A stretch of DNA of 64,000 bases from Catajapyx aquilonaris (taxonomy: Eukaryota): the NCBI GenBank assembly GCA_000934665.2, contig KZ538028.1, positions 62,001 through 126,000 of the forward strand, written 5' to 3'. Shown piece after piece: positions 1-23,031 of this stretch. Made by a program: the position numbers and the translations under genes. The notes below the pieces were generated by a model. It had not been told where the DNA came from. It searched no databases and saw nothing but the letters and a program-made list of their open reading frames with translations. Position 1 is the stretch's first letter; the number at the start of each line of letters is the position of its first letter.

Positions 1-3000
1 ACTGTTTTAACTTTTGTGTCAACATATTCGTTTGCGAGACATCGTATTTTCATACTTATTTTTAATTCTACTTGTTGCAGTTGGCGATGCACGGTAGCAC
101 GGACCAGTGTGAGAATCCGGAGCTGCCGATACAGTATAATTATGCAGTGGTTCATTAAATAAAGTAATGATTTTTATAGCGTACGCCGTACGGTTAATTG
201 GTATTACATTACCCTTACCGTTGATGTAACACTGATACAACGTTGCCAGTTTAGTGACACGAATGCATTATGCACGAACAACTGCAGCCTGGCAGGTCAT
301 GTCTGACCCACCACCACCGGTGAAGTTTGAGTATTGTCTTTTGATTTGTTTATCCGCCTGCTCCTGGCAGGCGACAAGAAATTACATAAGACTCAGAGTG
401 TACCTCTCCACGGAAATCTTTAGTAAAAGGCGAAAGATTTACACGAGGATTGAAGAGGAACCAGAGTATGAATTTCAGCTCGTTGTTGGTTGGTTGCAAG
501 ATGGATAAACAGGTTTACCCTGTTTATCCATCTTGGTTGGTTGGTTTTTAGGGAAATGCCTGGCTTGTATGGCTCTTTCGTATTGAGCCTTGGCAGCCAG
601 GGGCCAGGAGTGTTATTGACCCTCCTTAGCCGGTGGGGCTGGGTAGGATGAGGATGATGTGGGTTGGAAGGGGTTGGACGGGGACGGGTGATGAGGGCGC
701 TGTTCTCCCCAGCCGATCGCTGGGCAAGCCAACCGTGTCAACTGGTTCGACCAGGTGCCTACATACATCGATGGTCGGGCAAGCCCTTCGTGTCGTGAAT
801 TTCAGCTCGCAACAGGCGCCCAGACCTACGCGGGACTGGACGTGCTCGATCCCCTCAACGCTGGCTATGAATCATTGTAGAAATTTTACTCATTCTATGT
901 GTACTAAGTAAAATATTCGAAGTTCATCTACCAGCATGTCTCTTTGTGTCTGCTATTTTTAATGTACGTATATTTAAGCATGAAAGTGAAAACAATTGCA
1001 AATGTGATAATTCGTCTAATGTTTCGGTGTTCCCATGGCCAGGTGGCGCGTCAAGCTTTGCAAGCCGGTCAGTAGGTGGAAGAAGCCTTCAGGAGACGGG
1101 AGATGGCGGCGCCCTGTGTAAATAACCTTTTCGTCTACAACTGCTGCTCAGGATGGGACGAAGCTGCCCGTCACATTATGTATTATTGTATATAACCTCT
1201 TCGCATCTTGGAACATAATTGTCGCATGCAGGATGTGCTCTCTACCCGATACACTCAATTTTAGAATATTTGTGGGAATGCCAGCTGCAGTGTTGCTCTG
1301 ACTGACTACCCTTCATATGCTTGAAGATCACGATGCAATGCAAATTTTTACGAAATATTTTAATGGCATGGCATACCGTCAACCATCTGGGGCGTATCTT
1401 GTGGATGCCCATCCATAGAAAATGCAAGAAGAGCCACAATGATGCTACAGTTAATCACTTTGCATGCGTATGTCATATTTTCATAGATCAATTTGCCTAA
1501 TATGATCGGCAAGAGAAATGTCGCTTCCTGAACATTGTTTTCCCACTTGGGCCCGTATTGAATTGTGGTCGTCTGTCATACTATTGCCAACATCTCATGT
1601 TCTCAAGGATAAGAAGTTCCGCTCCCCACAGATGAATAATGAAGTCACATGGTATAGTAGCAAATGTCAACAGCAACTTTTATTTCATCACTCCTTTATT
1701 CCTCTTCTTAGCCTTCAACGTCTTCCATGCTGCAGAAAATGTCCAACAGATTCCAGCAGAAATGCCCTCTTGGTCAACTGGATGAAGCAAAAACCACTCA
1801 ATACTTCACTTGTAAGCATTCAACTTTTTGATGGTCTGTGGGACAGCCACACACGATAACTCACTCAGCTCAAGGAACAAGTGATTATTACTAGCATTTT
1901 ATGACCCCAAACCTACTCTTACTACCTACTACACTGTTTATTGGTACACCCTCACAGTTGTCCATTTTTCATGCTTCTCATCAACCACCTGCAAACAATT
2001 CAATTTACATACAAGCCCATTTAATGAATTGAGTAACTTGAAAGCTGACAAACGAGAAGACCTAAGAACGAACTCATTATGTCAGCAGAGAAGGTGTAGC
2101 TACCTGTGCTGTATGGCCTGGCAGACATTTCGCAACAGCTTCACACTTGATACACTAACCATTGGTGAGTGCAGGAATGATGATTCCTGAGCTGTAAAAA
2201 GCTTCCAATGACATTATGCTGGGGAAAGAAATTAACACAGAAAAGTGTTGCATAAAGCAATACAAATAACAAACATTTGTAAGACAAGCACATGCTTCAA
2301 GAAAGGGGGAGGCGGGGAGGGGATGGGGGCAGCAGAACAATATTCATGTGTGATTTATGGTCATCTCTTGCATTTGCTCTTACACTACAACAATGCTTTA
2401 CATTTTTGACACATTAGTACTATTGGTAGTAAGTTGTGCGGGATCAGAACTGGATCAGCGACTGCAAACATGCACAGAGGGAATTATACATCCACTTTTC
2501 TTGTACAAAATGGGAGGTATGTTGGTCCTGAGGTTTTCAGACTCACATGCATTGCAGCTGCAAGATTTTGTATGATCGACTCCACGAGTATATGACAATA
2601 ACTACCTAGCTTGCTTGGTCACCGCATTTTGTGGCAGTTGTAGAGTTGGCCGTAAGTCTATGCAACTTTCTGGGTTTTAGCCTAGCCCTCATCTCCATAC
2701 CTGGCCACACCACATGGACAGGAAAAACTCAAAACTGCAGTGCAGACTTAGCTTGGGCAGACCGTAATGGTGCTTCCTGAAATTCTGCTACTTATAACTC
2801 AACAACTCTATGGGATAAGTGCTGCCTACCAGAAAAATCTGTCCCTATCAGATATGGTGCGGATTGTATGTCACCTACACGAGAACCCAATACTGCACTT
2901 TTCAAGATCATTAAAATTTCAACAATTGTAATTGTAAAAATTAGGTTCCACTGTTGGACTCAACAGTTCGATAAATCACTTATGAAAGCTCATCTGCCAG

Positions 3001-3866
3001 ATAATGAATCAAGAACCGTTTCAGATTACAGTATCTCCATGATAAACATCATGGCGCTGATGCTTCTAAACTACCATGTACTCTTTTCCCGAGAGAGAGA
3101 GAGTTGTTCAGTCTACATTCAAGTTCAAATTGACGTGCACATGGCCTGTTCATTACGTGATACTACTCAAGTCATGTCCAGCGTATTTTATAACATCCAA
3201 TCTCTTCTCGGCAGTGTCTACCCAAAAGTGAAGGTTGAAAAATAGGTGCCTGATCCAGTTCACATTACAACAGGTTTAGATTTCATGGCCATTGCTGTAG
3301 AACCAATCAGTTGAGATCCTTTACATAGATTGTGTCAGAAATGCACACAAAGTCACTAGGACACAATTTTATTTTGAATGAACTCAAAAAAGATCATTAC
3401 AGAAAAATAAGCTTACGTAAATAAGCTACACTCCTCTAATTTGCCACCCCCTACAATTATTAACGTAGTTTCCCTTATCGATCATTCATCACATATCCAA
3501 AACGAAGAAAAGGAATGAACCAACAGAAGAGAGAGAAAATAATTTGGACACAAGCACCTGTTGCTCTTCCACTTTGAAAACAAAATGTTGAAGTCACCAA
3601 CTGCAGTTGCTCCCCCCCCCCCCTCCCCCCGCCCTCCTTGTAAGTATGCCTGCACACTTTGATATTAAATATATTACGAGGTGGATTTTTCTCTCATATT
3701 TCCCTAAATACCTAAATGAGACGGGAACTACGTGAGATGTGAGTGCGCATGTGTTAATTTTCTCCTACGTACGCCCCCCTCCCCGACCTTCCCAAAATAT
3801 TATCCTGACTCATGTCAATCGGCCACATTCATATCTTTTGCAACAAAAACAGCAGACACATCCACC

Positions 3867-11325
<7,459 letters not shown>

Positions 11326-11403
11326 CTACTACTACCCTAGATGCAAAAAAAACGCAGGAATGGAATCCTTTGCCCTCTCGCGATCCGCCCACACTTTTGC
11401 GCC

Positions 11404-11411
11404 CTTATAAA
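11404..11411 (-). promoter_or_regulatory. TATA-like box of Hsp110 promoter
   Basis: Minus strand TTTATAAG between the HSE and the ATG. Confidence 0.55.
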
Positions 11412-11515
11412 GAACACGGGAAGCCGGGTCCTTGCGGTGTGCACGCTGCTGGCTGCAGACGCTGTGAGCGAGTGAGGCTCTCCCCCTCGGGCGCGGTGAT
11501 TTCCCTTTCTACGGC

Positions 11516-11535
11516 GTTCTAGAACCTTCCAGAGC
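11516..11535. promoter_or_regulatory. Heat shock element upstream of Hsp110
   Basis: gTTCtaGAAccTTCcaGAg: three perfect alternating nGAAn units plus a partial fourth, ~200 nt upstream of the Hsp110 ATG. Confidence 0.8.
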
Positions 11536-12152
11536 ACATGGGAACAGATGGCTCTACGGTTCCATGCAGCGGGGTTCTCCTTGCTTCGAGGGGCGGAAGA
11601 GGGAAAACAGGGGGGGTTGGCAAGAGGAGGGAGGGAGGGGGAGAAGAAGCGGCGGAGGGCAAGAAAGAAAAGCATAGCTGCTCATTTTGTAGCTGTTAGT
11701 GGAACGTTGGTCCGCCGCACACGTGGGCTCAAGCCATATAATTATTTCCAGGAAGGACACAGGGGCGGACACCACAGTCACACCACACGGCATAGGTAGA
11801 TCCAAACAAGTCTGAAGCAGGGCAGATGTGCGTTCTAAATCAGCAGAACAGGCCTCTGTTCTATAATAAGGCCGGGTGCCCGCCGCGGGTTGCACCGGCT
11901 CCCGGAAAATATCTGGCCGAAGATAAGAGCTGTTGTAAGAGCCACAATAGTTTGTTATTCATTGTTGACAACAATGAATAACAAACTATCCGGGCTCTTC
12001 TGCAGCCAGATAAATTTTCCGGGGGCCTGTGCAACCAGCAATACCAGTATAGTTGACACCTACTCCACGTCGGCTATAACAGACCGTTTTTTGGGCCCCT
12101 GATTGATTGATTGATATCTGTTGATATCATGGGCGCCCGCAGGAAATTTATT

Positions 12153-12261
12153 GGGGGGGGGGGGGGGNNNNNNNNNNNNNNNNNNNNNNNNNNNNNNNNN
12201 NNNNNNNNNNNNNNNNNNNNNNNNNNNNNNNNNNNNNNNNNNNNNCCCCCCCCCCCCCCCC
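12153..12261. other. Assembly gap flanked by poly-G and poly-C
   Basis: G-run, N block, C-run. Confidence 0.95.
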
Positions 12262-14382
12262 GGAACGAGGAGAGTGATGCAAAGAGGCCGCCGCATGCGG
12301 CATGCGAACTGTTTTGGTTCAAGCTACACAAGCTTAGGTGAATGTGACTGAGTGCAGTGGAATCCTCCTATAAAATCGCCCTACAAAATGTATTATAGGT
12401 GCAAAATTGGCAATTTTTGGCTAGAACCAATAACAGACATCGGTTTTAACAGACTTTTTTCCGTTGACCCTTACTGAAGTCTTTTATATCCGGAGTCAAC
12501 TGTATTTAGACATCGTGACTTCTCCAGGTAAGACTGGCCTTCACGTGCCTCCCTCCCATCAGATAGACAGGTCCGATGTATAGTCGCATCACGGTAGCAG
12601 TTACAAATAGCTGTTGATAACTTTTCAAATGGCATAGCTTTCTGGCTCATTTTGGGTAAACAGAAATGTCCAGATTTTACGACATATTGTGCGGTCCTTC
12701 ATTATTTTAATTGCGATGTTTAAGCTGGTGTTTTAGTAAAAACATGCACCATAAAGTGGACACGATTTTTGCGCCATCTGATTGCATAAGTAGTACGCAG
12801 GTGGCGCCACCTGTCACTTACCTTGTCAATAGTATGATTTGCGATGCCTAGATGGCGCGACGGACTGGATTGAAATTAAGGCGCGGTTTTTTAAATTTAA
12901 ATTTTAAAATTACGATCGTGTCATAGTTGCACGCAGTTTTATTTGGGATTCGGGGTCAAAGTTTGGACCAACTGGAGCAAATCCGGGGGTTGACCTGCAG
13001 CGTGGTAATTAATCAAACTCGAATGAAGTCAACACACTTCTCATTTTGGGTTTTGGAAAGAAGAAAAAGTTGGGAATATGGGAGAAGCAGGGTGGGTGGG
13101 AAAAAAGGAAACGCTTCAAAGGCACGCAATGCAGGGAACATAACCCAATTCTGGAGTGGTTGGAGTCAAGGAAAAGTTTCGTGCAGGAAAAGGTCCAATC
13201 ACGGCTGCACTTGGGCATGGCAGCAAAAAGAGCATGTGTCACTATAGGAATCGTTACTGCAAAAATTCGGTGATAGATCGAGGTCGCGAATTGCGGATGA
13301 ATCTGTCTCCGGAGTGCGTGTACACGGTACCCAGGTACACACGAACCTTCAGAAATGTCCTATATTGTCCTGCTATCCAGTGTGCAGTAGATATTTGTCA
13401 AATGACTAATGTCAATATATTGAAATTAGATGGCATAGATGATAATTGGCACAAATGAATATTCATCATGGTACCACACATTCGAGCTAATTTCGACATA
13501 CAGTACGTGCATAAAGTAGGTTTCGGAAATAAGCTAATAGTATTCTGTATTCATAACGCCAAGTTAGGAGACAATAGATATTCAATGTGTTCAGTTGACT
13601 GCCTCCAATATATTGGACACACTAAGCTCCACGGTTCACGCTTGAATAAACGGTCAGTTTGTTCCAAAGGAAACATTTCCGCAGAAATGGCGTAGTCTAT
13701 CAACTCTTGTGTGCTAAAAGGGGAGCGATTATATCGAGCGACCTCAAAACCGCATATAATTTTGCAAAATCCTTCCTCGGTCATATCTTCAAAGGGCAGT
13801 AAACTGGACAAATTGGTAAGCTTATTCCGACAGTTGTCATATTTTATTTTTCTGGCGCATACTGTACATAATTAGTAGTCTCATTTCATACACTGACTTT
13901 CGGATTACCCCTATTATTATGCACCAGGAAAGAGTGCTGGCAACAATAATAGAGTCACGTGCTAGGGGTGCCGGTCACGAAGACATTGATGTCGCAGATA
14001 CTCTTATGACTCAGGTCATCCGGCCGCTTGTTCGGACACCCTCATTTGCAATTTAAATCCTGGGGTAACTAACGAGCCCTTCAAGGCTGAGGCTATAAGC
14101 ACTGCTCTGCTCCGAATCACAGGGGGCGGGATTCCAACTATTTTCTTGTTGGTAAAACATACGCTTTGTGACCACAAAAATCCACAATCTTCTTCGAGTT
14201 TTAACACCTTATCAGCTGGAGGTAAGATAAACGAGAAAAAAAATACACATCAGCGATAAGATTCATTACGTGTTCACTGTGCTGACTGTACTGTACATGT
14301 ACTGGTTCTTCTGGGAACATCTGCTGGACTCCCGTAAGTAGCGAAGGTAGTACATGTCAGCTGTGCGCATGCGCAGGCTTTG

Positions 14383-15115
14383 TTCGGGCAGGTTCGGGCA
14401 AATTCGGGCGGGTTCGAGCAAGTTCGGGCAAAAACGAGTGACTAATACTGTTCGTGTACAGTATACATATGTGAAGTTTATTAATTTATTATATATACTT
14501 AGCGGAGGGTGGGTTTGTAGCGTGACACGGCGTGACATTACGTGACATACTTTGTTTAAATCTGTATGACGTACTATGCGTCTTACTTGAATCTTGCCAA
14601 CAGCTTTATTGCCCTTTATTATACCCCCCCCCCCCCATACGTTATAAGTTTCGTGGAACATTACCCGGTCCGAGAAGCCTGCGTGATCACCCAAGCATGT
14701 CTGCATGCTGCCTTTTGACGTGGCCTAGGCCAGGTGCTAAGCTGATAAAGGCAGGTNTTCGGGCGGGTTCGAGCAAGTTCGGGCAAGTTCGGGCAAAAAC
14801 GAGTGACTAATACCGTTCGTGTACAGTATACATATGTGAAGTTTATTAATTTATTATATATACTTAGCGGAGGGTGGGTTTGTAGCGTGACACGGCGTGA
14901 CATTATGTGACATACTTTGTTTAAATCTGTATGACGTACTATGCGTCTTACTTGAATCTTGCCAACAGCTTTATTGCCCTTTATTATACCCCCCATACGG
15001 TTATAAGTTTCGTGGAACATTACCCGGTCCGAGAAGCCTGCGTGATCACCCAAGCATGTCTGCATGCTGCCTTTTGACGTGGCCTAGGCCAGGTGCTAAG
15101 CTGATAAAGGCAGGT
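14383..15115. repeat. Tandem duplication, ~355-bp unit x2, each starting with 10-bp GTTCGGGCAA-like subrepeats
   Basis: 14402-14756 is nearly identical to 14758-15115; a single N lies at the junction (14757). Confidence 0.85.
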
Positions 15116-16831
15116 GCCATCATCGTCATGTCCGTTCAACCCCACCCCCTATGTCGCATGTCATACCGGACCTTGGTGTATACGTCTCTCATTTGTAACC
15201 ACCAAGCATGACACTATAGTAAAAAATATAATCACGCGTATCATAGACGAACTACTAGTACAGTATAGTAACGTGGTGGAGCAGCTAATGATTTTTGTGT
15301 GTCAAGTTGACAAATTGTTGCGTATTGATTTGGGGGTGCTGTGTAGCGTAGGCAGGTAAGGATACAATGCAGCAGATTTTTGGGAGTTGAAAATATTTGC
15401 TTGAATATTGTGGGCTGTTGCTTCCATTATTGTGGGATGACCATTATTTTGTTATGGTTGCAGCTGCAAAACCACCTGTCGCGACCTTCTGCATTCCGCA
15501 TGTAAAGTCTTTTTTCACCAGTTTCCTCCGGGCTGTAGTGCTGACGATTGGTGCCGACATGTGTGTATCTTTACATGGAAAGATAGAAGCTAAAGAGGGG
15601 CAGTTAGTAAATAAGGATATTGAACTGTTTATAGCAAGTAGTGCTGGAACCACCTGGTACCATTCAAATGTGTAAATATGTATCTGCAGACTTCTTGCAT
15701 CTGGATGAAGCATGCGAGTTCTTCAATTTAAATGTCTCGGTAAAATTCATGGATTGGAAAAGTGGTTTCAATCAGACAATGTAGCTGAATTCGGCATCAG
15801 CTGTACAGCTATACAGTGTTGTGGTAGTATAACTTTTAGCCGGCAAATAGAGCCACATGTGGTTGTAACATCACGTTATGACGTTACGCATATTCAAAGG
15901 GCATCATTACTGCTCTCTTAAAAAAAGTGATTTATTCCCAGTCACGTGCAGTTCATTGAAGTACCTCACCTTACTGTTATGGAATACTGGATATAAACGA
16001 CAATCGGACGTGCACTTGAGCCCTTACGAACTTACTTCCCTTCATTGTTTACTATTTTTTACTTCCTTTTTTTTTTTCGAGGGTTTCCTGTCCTACAGAT
16101 ATGTACTTTCCGTGGACATAGCGGTTCGTTCTAGAAGGCCAACATTTATAACAAAAGGTAAATGACATAAAATATAAAAGCGCTTCAAGCATGCACCGGA
16201 ATGCTTACAATAATTAGTAATTAGTATAAGGTTTACGACCAACCACAAATAGTGTCACGTCTTTTGATGACGAGTGTACCGTACGTTTTTTTTTACAAGG
16301 TGTAGGTCTGTAACTTTAAAGCTGACACCGTGCTATCTCATCAGTAACGCCATGACATACGAGAGGTGCATGTGCAACACTACACGTTACATCCGTCACA
16401 CTCTGTACACGTCCAAGAAATTTTTGTTTGCCTTATGTCCTATAATCTCCGTCCCATTCATTAATTTTCAATGTCGATTTGGACTAATGAAGACATCTGC
16501 GTGACGTTACGATAGCGGGTCAGGCGGATGATCCCACGACTGAATAATTAATATGGTACGGTACATCACCTACGGACAGTCGTTGTTCAGATACTGTGCA
16601 ACCTGTTTTTTCTCTGAAAGCAAACGGGAAAAGGGTCAGCTCTGGGTCATATGGATTCTGTGGGAACATGAAAAAAAAAGGGTCAGTATGTACGATAAAG
16701 TACCGCTGGGGTACTACAATCATATGCTCAATGAGCGTTTTACCTTATGATTTTTTCCGGTGTAATCCGTACCCAAGTGTTAAGAATAGAGGTGGCAACG
16801 GCGTTTTCCCAGGCCAAAAGATATATTGAGG

Positions 16832-16932
16832 AGGGGGGGGGGGGGGGGNNNNNNNNNNNNNNNNNNNNNNNNNNNNNNNNNNNNNNNNNNNNNNNNNNNN
16901 NNNNNNNNNNNNNNNNNCCCCCCCCCCCCCCC
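16832..16932. other. Assembly gap flanked by poly-G and poly-C
   Basis: G-run, N block, C-run. Confidence 0.95.
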
Positions 16933-19236
16933 TAAAGTCCCACCCCTGGTTCCAGAGCCCGGTTTTTTCTTTCCAGTCACTCCGCCAACGTTGGATCAGG
17001 AGGATGTGACTTGACAGTGCGGGTTTATGGAGCACCCTGTGGAAGTCAGGTATGGGGGACATTTTTTAGTGGGTGGACATATGGTGGGGGGGTTGACAAT
17101 GTAATTGTAGGTGCGGTACAGTGTGTAATGATTGATGACTCAGAGGGATGTGATTTGTTGGTTCAGCGAATGTCATTGTAGTAAAATGTATCGGTTTCAG
17201 GGAATTTGTAACGCGGATAATTATGTCACGGTACGTACTATATGGGTAGCAGGCACTTTTGGGAATTCTATAGAAATCTGTGAATGATTTCCGATATCTT
17301 GATACACGATCGGCCCTCTTTTTTGTGTTCAACAGAAAATTGCTTGGTAACTAAATCGTTGCGAATACACTTTAACTGCGCAGATTTGCAGTGTGGAGAT
17401 TTGCGACATACTCAAGTTTCAACTAAAACCAATCAACATAAGTACGTACATGGTCGCATGCCTTATATGGAGCATATTTCAACACTAAAGGGCATGTAAT
17501 TAAATACTCAGTGTGCTTATATGGCGTATCTAATTTGCATTGGTTCTAAGATACGCTTCAATATTTGTTTTTTTTATAAATGTGTTCAGCTCATTTCTAA
17601 TTAAGAATATTGTACTGTACTAATATTTTAATTAAACATTTTCCTGGGCACGGTTCGCATTTCCGAACTCAGAGTAACGGCACGATGCTTACTTACACAT
17701 GCACGCATCTATTTACACGGTTGTGGACACGCATTTTTTTTATTTAAAAAACCTGCGTACAGTTACATCCATTCTAACCAATTTGAATAGCATGTGCATC
17801 GTCACGGAGGAAAATCCCGCTGAGTGTGTGTACACACAGCAGCATGGCATGTGTGTGGCGGTGTTCTACAGACACGCCCCCCTGCCAGCATCCCATGTGT
17901 GTATGTGTCGAGAGGATACATTTCTTCAAAGTGATTCATATATCCTAGAGAACTTCTGGCCCATGTCCAAAAAAATCCTTCGCGAGGCGCTCTTTTTCAC
18001 AGCCTGGGCCTCTTTTATTTCCGAAAACCCAATTTTTTTGCACTTTTTTCCTTTGTTCGAATTTAGCCCGACGGCCCTAAGTTCGGTGGGAGCCACCTGG
18101 AGGCCTTAAAAACTTTTTTTTCTTCAAAAAAAAAAAAAAATGGTCGTGGTGGTATTGAAGGAAAAGGAGGAATTCATTGACATGGTTGTTTGTGTACTTT
18201 TACAAATTCATTTTGCGGTTTGGTTTTTGTCGGGTTTGGCAGGAAGGGGGCGGAATAGGGTGTTGAAACTAATATATCAGCAGTGAAATAAACAGTGGCA
18301 TGTGTGACGCCTAAAATTTACTGTAAACTATTAATTTAATATGCATAACGTCCGATATACAGTTCGTACAAAATAAATTCAGGCATATGTGGGTTATGTC
18401 ATACCATAGGCAAATTAGTTGGCAATTGCATTAAACATGTACTGGTTTGTCCACATTTTTTTGAATCATAAATCGGTTTTTGCTATGTAATAAAATAAGT
18501 GGAAAAATCCATGCTGCGTAACCTAGGTATCTGGCCTTGAAGTATTGAAGTTCACGGACCTTCTTAGTGCTGGAGGCATTGGAAGAAGTGCCAGAAGCGT
18601 GCCACCATTTTACGGAAGGCATCTCAAAATAGTCGGATGTAACCTGGTATGTCAACACATGGTGGTTGTTACTATCTGCAGGTGGGAGATAAACAATTGA
18701 TACAGTATTTGGAACAATACATGTCATTGTCCTTCCAATCTGGTAGGATAGTAGCACACCATAGTTGTTCTGCCAGCACTAAATGGCGACTATAAAAGGC
18801 GACTCTGAATTTGTCCCAAAGAGCTCTTTCAGACCAGCCTCAGCTCGACAATCGATGCGAGAGATGCTGGTTTCCATGGCGCTCCCAGTTGCTCTGGTAC
18901 ATAGTACATAAGCGGTGATGTAATGCCCTGGGGTTACGGTGTATACGGTGGCACATAGTGTACAGGGGGTAGTAGCTCTGGGCATCATCATCATCACACA
19001 GCAACATGTTACTGCTGCAAATGTAAATCAGTTCAGTTGATGAATGTGGCCTATTAGGGTTGGCAAAAATAGAACAAGGCCGTCATTTGACTAATTAATC
19101 GCGACCACGGTCGTGTTTATTTCGCCAGGGTACATTCGGGATGGACGTACAGTAACGATGGTACCAATGCAATGGGGTGAAGAAATATTAATTGGGCATA
19201 GAGTTGAGGCGATTTCGGTTCTCTCCGTGCTCGTGT

Positions 19237-19843
<607 letters not shown>

Positions 19844-22800
19844 GAATCTTAGCTCGACATATGGCCATAACCACTGTTTAAATCAAACGTGCACGACAAT
19901 GGTAATGAAAAAGGAAAGGTCGCACGGAGGGGCGTAGACCTGCCTAGATAATTCCTACCTTGTAGTTGAAGCCTATCATTTCGGTAGTAACGAGGCTGTG
20001 GACACCACTAATTACACCTATGTTTGCATAAAGTGATACTCTGATGTTCACAATTCATAAGTTTGTTGGAATCATTAGGAAACACCATCCAGTAGAGAAA
20101 GTAATAATGTAATATGCACGAAATATGAAACCACAGTGAGAAATAGCTCCAGCAGTGAAACTACATTTTTGTAGCTTTCCAGTACGATTCTCGGGATAGT
20201 TTTTTCCCGCTTTTCTCAAAACTATCATGTCACATTCTCTCACCTCTTCAAGTGTCATTGGCCTGAAACAAATTCCAAGTTTGTTTTTCTACAGGTGTTA
20301 TTGCATATGGCTGCACCACATGTGTTTGGCACGTTTTTTTGAATTATTTTTCCTGCATATTTTTGAGGAACATTGACTTCCTAGGTATACACTTTTATGG
20401 TCCTCGGCTCGGGACGACCCCATATACCAAATTGTAGCAAAAATCCTCACGGGTCAAAGGGTTGCCCCACGAGTCGGATCCGGCATGTCACAGGCGACGA
20501 CATCTGGCACCTGGTGACTCATTACCCCGTGAAGAAACAAAGAGGTCCTTCCGCCCTTCCGGATTTCTGTCACATGCTCACACACCAAAAAAAAAAAAAA
20601 AAAAAATCTCAGAATCTGTACTGTCATCTCATACAATAATAATTCGGATGTACAATGCTCTGTTGTTTGGAGGGTTGAAATGGTCCGATGTGCGCTGGCG
20701 TCGATAAGAGGTGCGCAATGCAGCACATTTGGGCCAGGAAAGGAACCGGGGTGTGGGGCCAGGCAGGCGGAGTACCGGGTATGGCCATCTGCAAATCGAT
20801 GCGTTACATGGCCGATTTTTTTGGGGGTGTGGGTAGGATATTTTTTAGGGGGGGGGGGGAGGGGTGCCTTCTTCCGGCTGGTTGTGTACAGAGTGAGAAG
20901 AAAGACATGCACGAGTTCAGGGCCAAGATGTTTTGGGCGGGAAAGCAAATTATAGTTCGTTTCCGGGGGAGGGGCTGTACAGGGGTCGGTGTGCATCGCG
21001 AACCGTTCCGTATTTCGTGGTGTTACGATTCAATTGTCTGCTGGTCATATTCAGCACAGTAGTGAAAAACATGGTGGGCGGCTATTAATTAATTATCAGG
21101 ATGCATTATTCAACGCGGTTTGTCACGGAAGTCAAGGGGACGATGACGTGTGTTACATTGTTGCCAGAACTGGAAAAATATTGAGGAAGAGCAGTTATGG
21201 CTTGGAATTAGCAGGGGGCAAGTCAACACTGTCCCACGGCAAGACCTGGTAAACCGCTGCATATTAGCAAACGGTGCTCATTTATGAGCGTAACTGCACA
21301 TTCATTATGTGCAAGTTTGACCATGACAAATCACTGGTGAATATTTAGCCATTTTTGCAAGTCAGAAAAATGTTGTGGGCGGTAGTACATTACACCGCAT
21401 ATTCCCAGAGTTCATGGTTGACTTATCGGAGAGCCGAAACTCACGTTCAAGCTACTGACAAATCGCACTTAATTATTAACAGGAATAGGGGCCACATAGT
21501 ATGAAGGAGAGTGACTGGTTCGTAATGACCGTGCTTATGGCACAATGCCCTGAGAAAAATATAGCATGTGTCACATGGAGAGGTCGGTGCCGTCGTTGCT
21601 CTTGGCTCAGTTTCTGTTGTGTATAGCCCCGTATAATTTCTTTCTGGCAACGATACCTTCGGTCACATTGTTGCTATTGTTACAAAGCAATGGTCCAACG
21701 ACACATTTCCAACATTGTTCAACTGCTTGTTCGAAGTACGGTACCGCACATTGTGTGTGAGAGGTCACCGTTCTCCAGTCTTATACGATAGAAATCGAAC
21801 ATCCCAAGTCCCGGATCCATAATTCAAGTGCAAAGAAAGCAATGTCCCAAGAGTATACCCCTAAAGCCCCTTTTATCTGAATCCTTGAATGGGTCTCATC
21901 ACGTGAGGTTGCGGGTTCGAGTCCCGTAATGGAGTAGCGGCTACAGTACAAGCTGAGATTCATGCTTCTTCTTTCGGATGGGCTTCCGGACACCAAGGTC
22001 ACGCTGGATGTGCCCCCCCCCCCCCTACCTTTTCTTCCTACCTGGGAAAAATACCGACGTGCAGGTGAGAAAAGGCAGCTGTGGAACAATAGGACGGGAG
22101 CAGTCTGAAATTAGCGATTTAATTTAATTATTCGTCGCAATTAATTGTGTACTTAGCATTCAATATCCAAGCATTTGTCAATTTTGCTCAAGTGGAAAGT
22201 GTTTCCAGGTGAAAAGCCATTTGGTCAGTTAAGTCCCATAGCATGCTGTGGAGTAGAAAGTTTTGGGGGGTACATCGATACCAATCTGTTTTGTGTGGAA
22301 GTGGTGAGTGAGGTAGGCCCCCTCTTTGAGGTTGGCGTGCGCCTTGAGCGGATGGGGCATGCCTGCCCCTCACTCGGCTGGCTTCGAAATCGGCGCAAAA
22401 AAGCAAGAAAAGGGGCAGAAAATGACATGGCTCACTTCCGCTGGAGATTCCCTCCGCCAACCAACCAGAAAACGTTGTAATCCACCTATTCTTCTCTGTA
22501 TCTTGACCGGCATGCACCCCCGTTTTCCACCTATTCGCAAAAAAGGGCAGCACGCCTTTTATCCTCGCCATATGGGCTTCTGGATACCACACATTCAGAG
22601 GTGGTAAGTTCCATATTCGTCAACATAGCTCCATAAGAAGTCAGATATGGCTGAGATTAAACCAGATATGCAATCTCCTACATATAGGACACTTGCACAA
22701 TTGTTATTGTGCTAGTTCTTCAATTGCTCCTCAAAATATTTTTTAAAATTCATCAGATAATTTTGCAATTGTTTTCACCCTACCAGATTTTCGTGCTACA

Positions 22801-23031
22801 TGTGCTGTTTTGTCCTTCCAGGGGCAGTGTCTCTTCCGGATTGGGTATGTGAGGTGGTGGGGAGCAGCATGAGGCGGAACTGGAGGCTCTCACCGTCCTG
22901 CACCTGGCTGCGGTTTCCATCTGCATCATCACCATCATCATCAGCCCCGGGGCGGTCTTTGTGGGCCAGCAGCAGGCGGCCCAACCAGAGCTAATCCCTG
23001 GGTTGACCGCAGCAATCCAAGCCAGAAGAAC

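Noticed and set aside
12060..12351. ORFs spanning G-run/N/C-run gaps (also 16745-17062)
   Set aside because: Open only because of Ns and homopolymers.
14383..15115. Possible CRISPR-like or biologically real tandem array
   Set aside because: No repeat-spacer structure and a eukaryotic context; the N at the junction and near identity suggest an unmerged contig overlap.
21889..21935. tRNA-like B-box (GGTTCGAGTCCCG) after tgggtctcatcacgtgagg
   Set aside because: No A-box or D-arm and no acceptor stem can be formed; at most a SINE or tRNA-pseudogene fragment.
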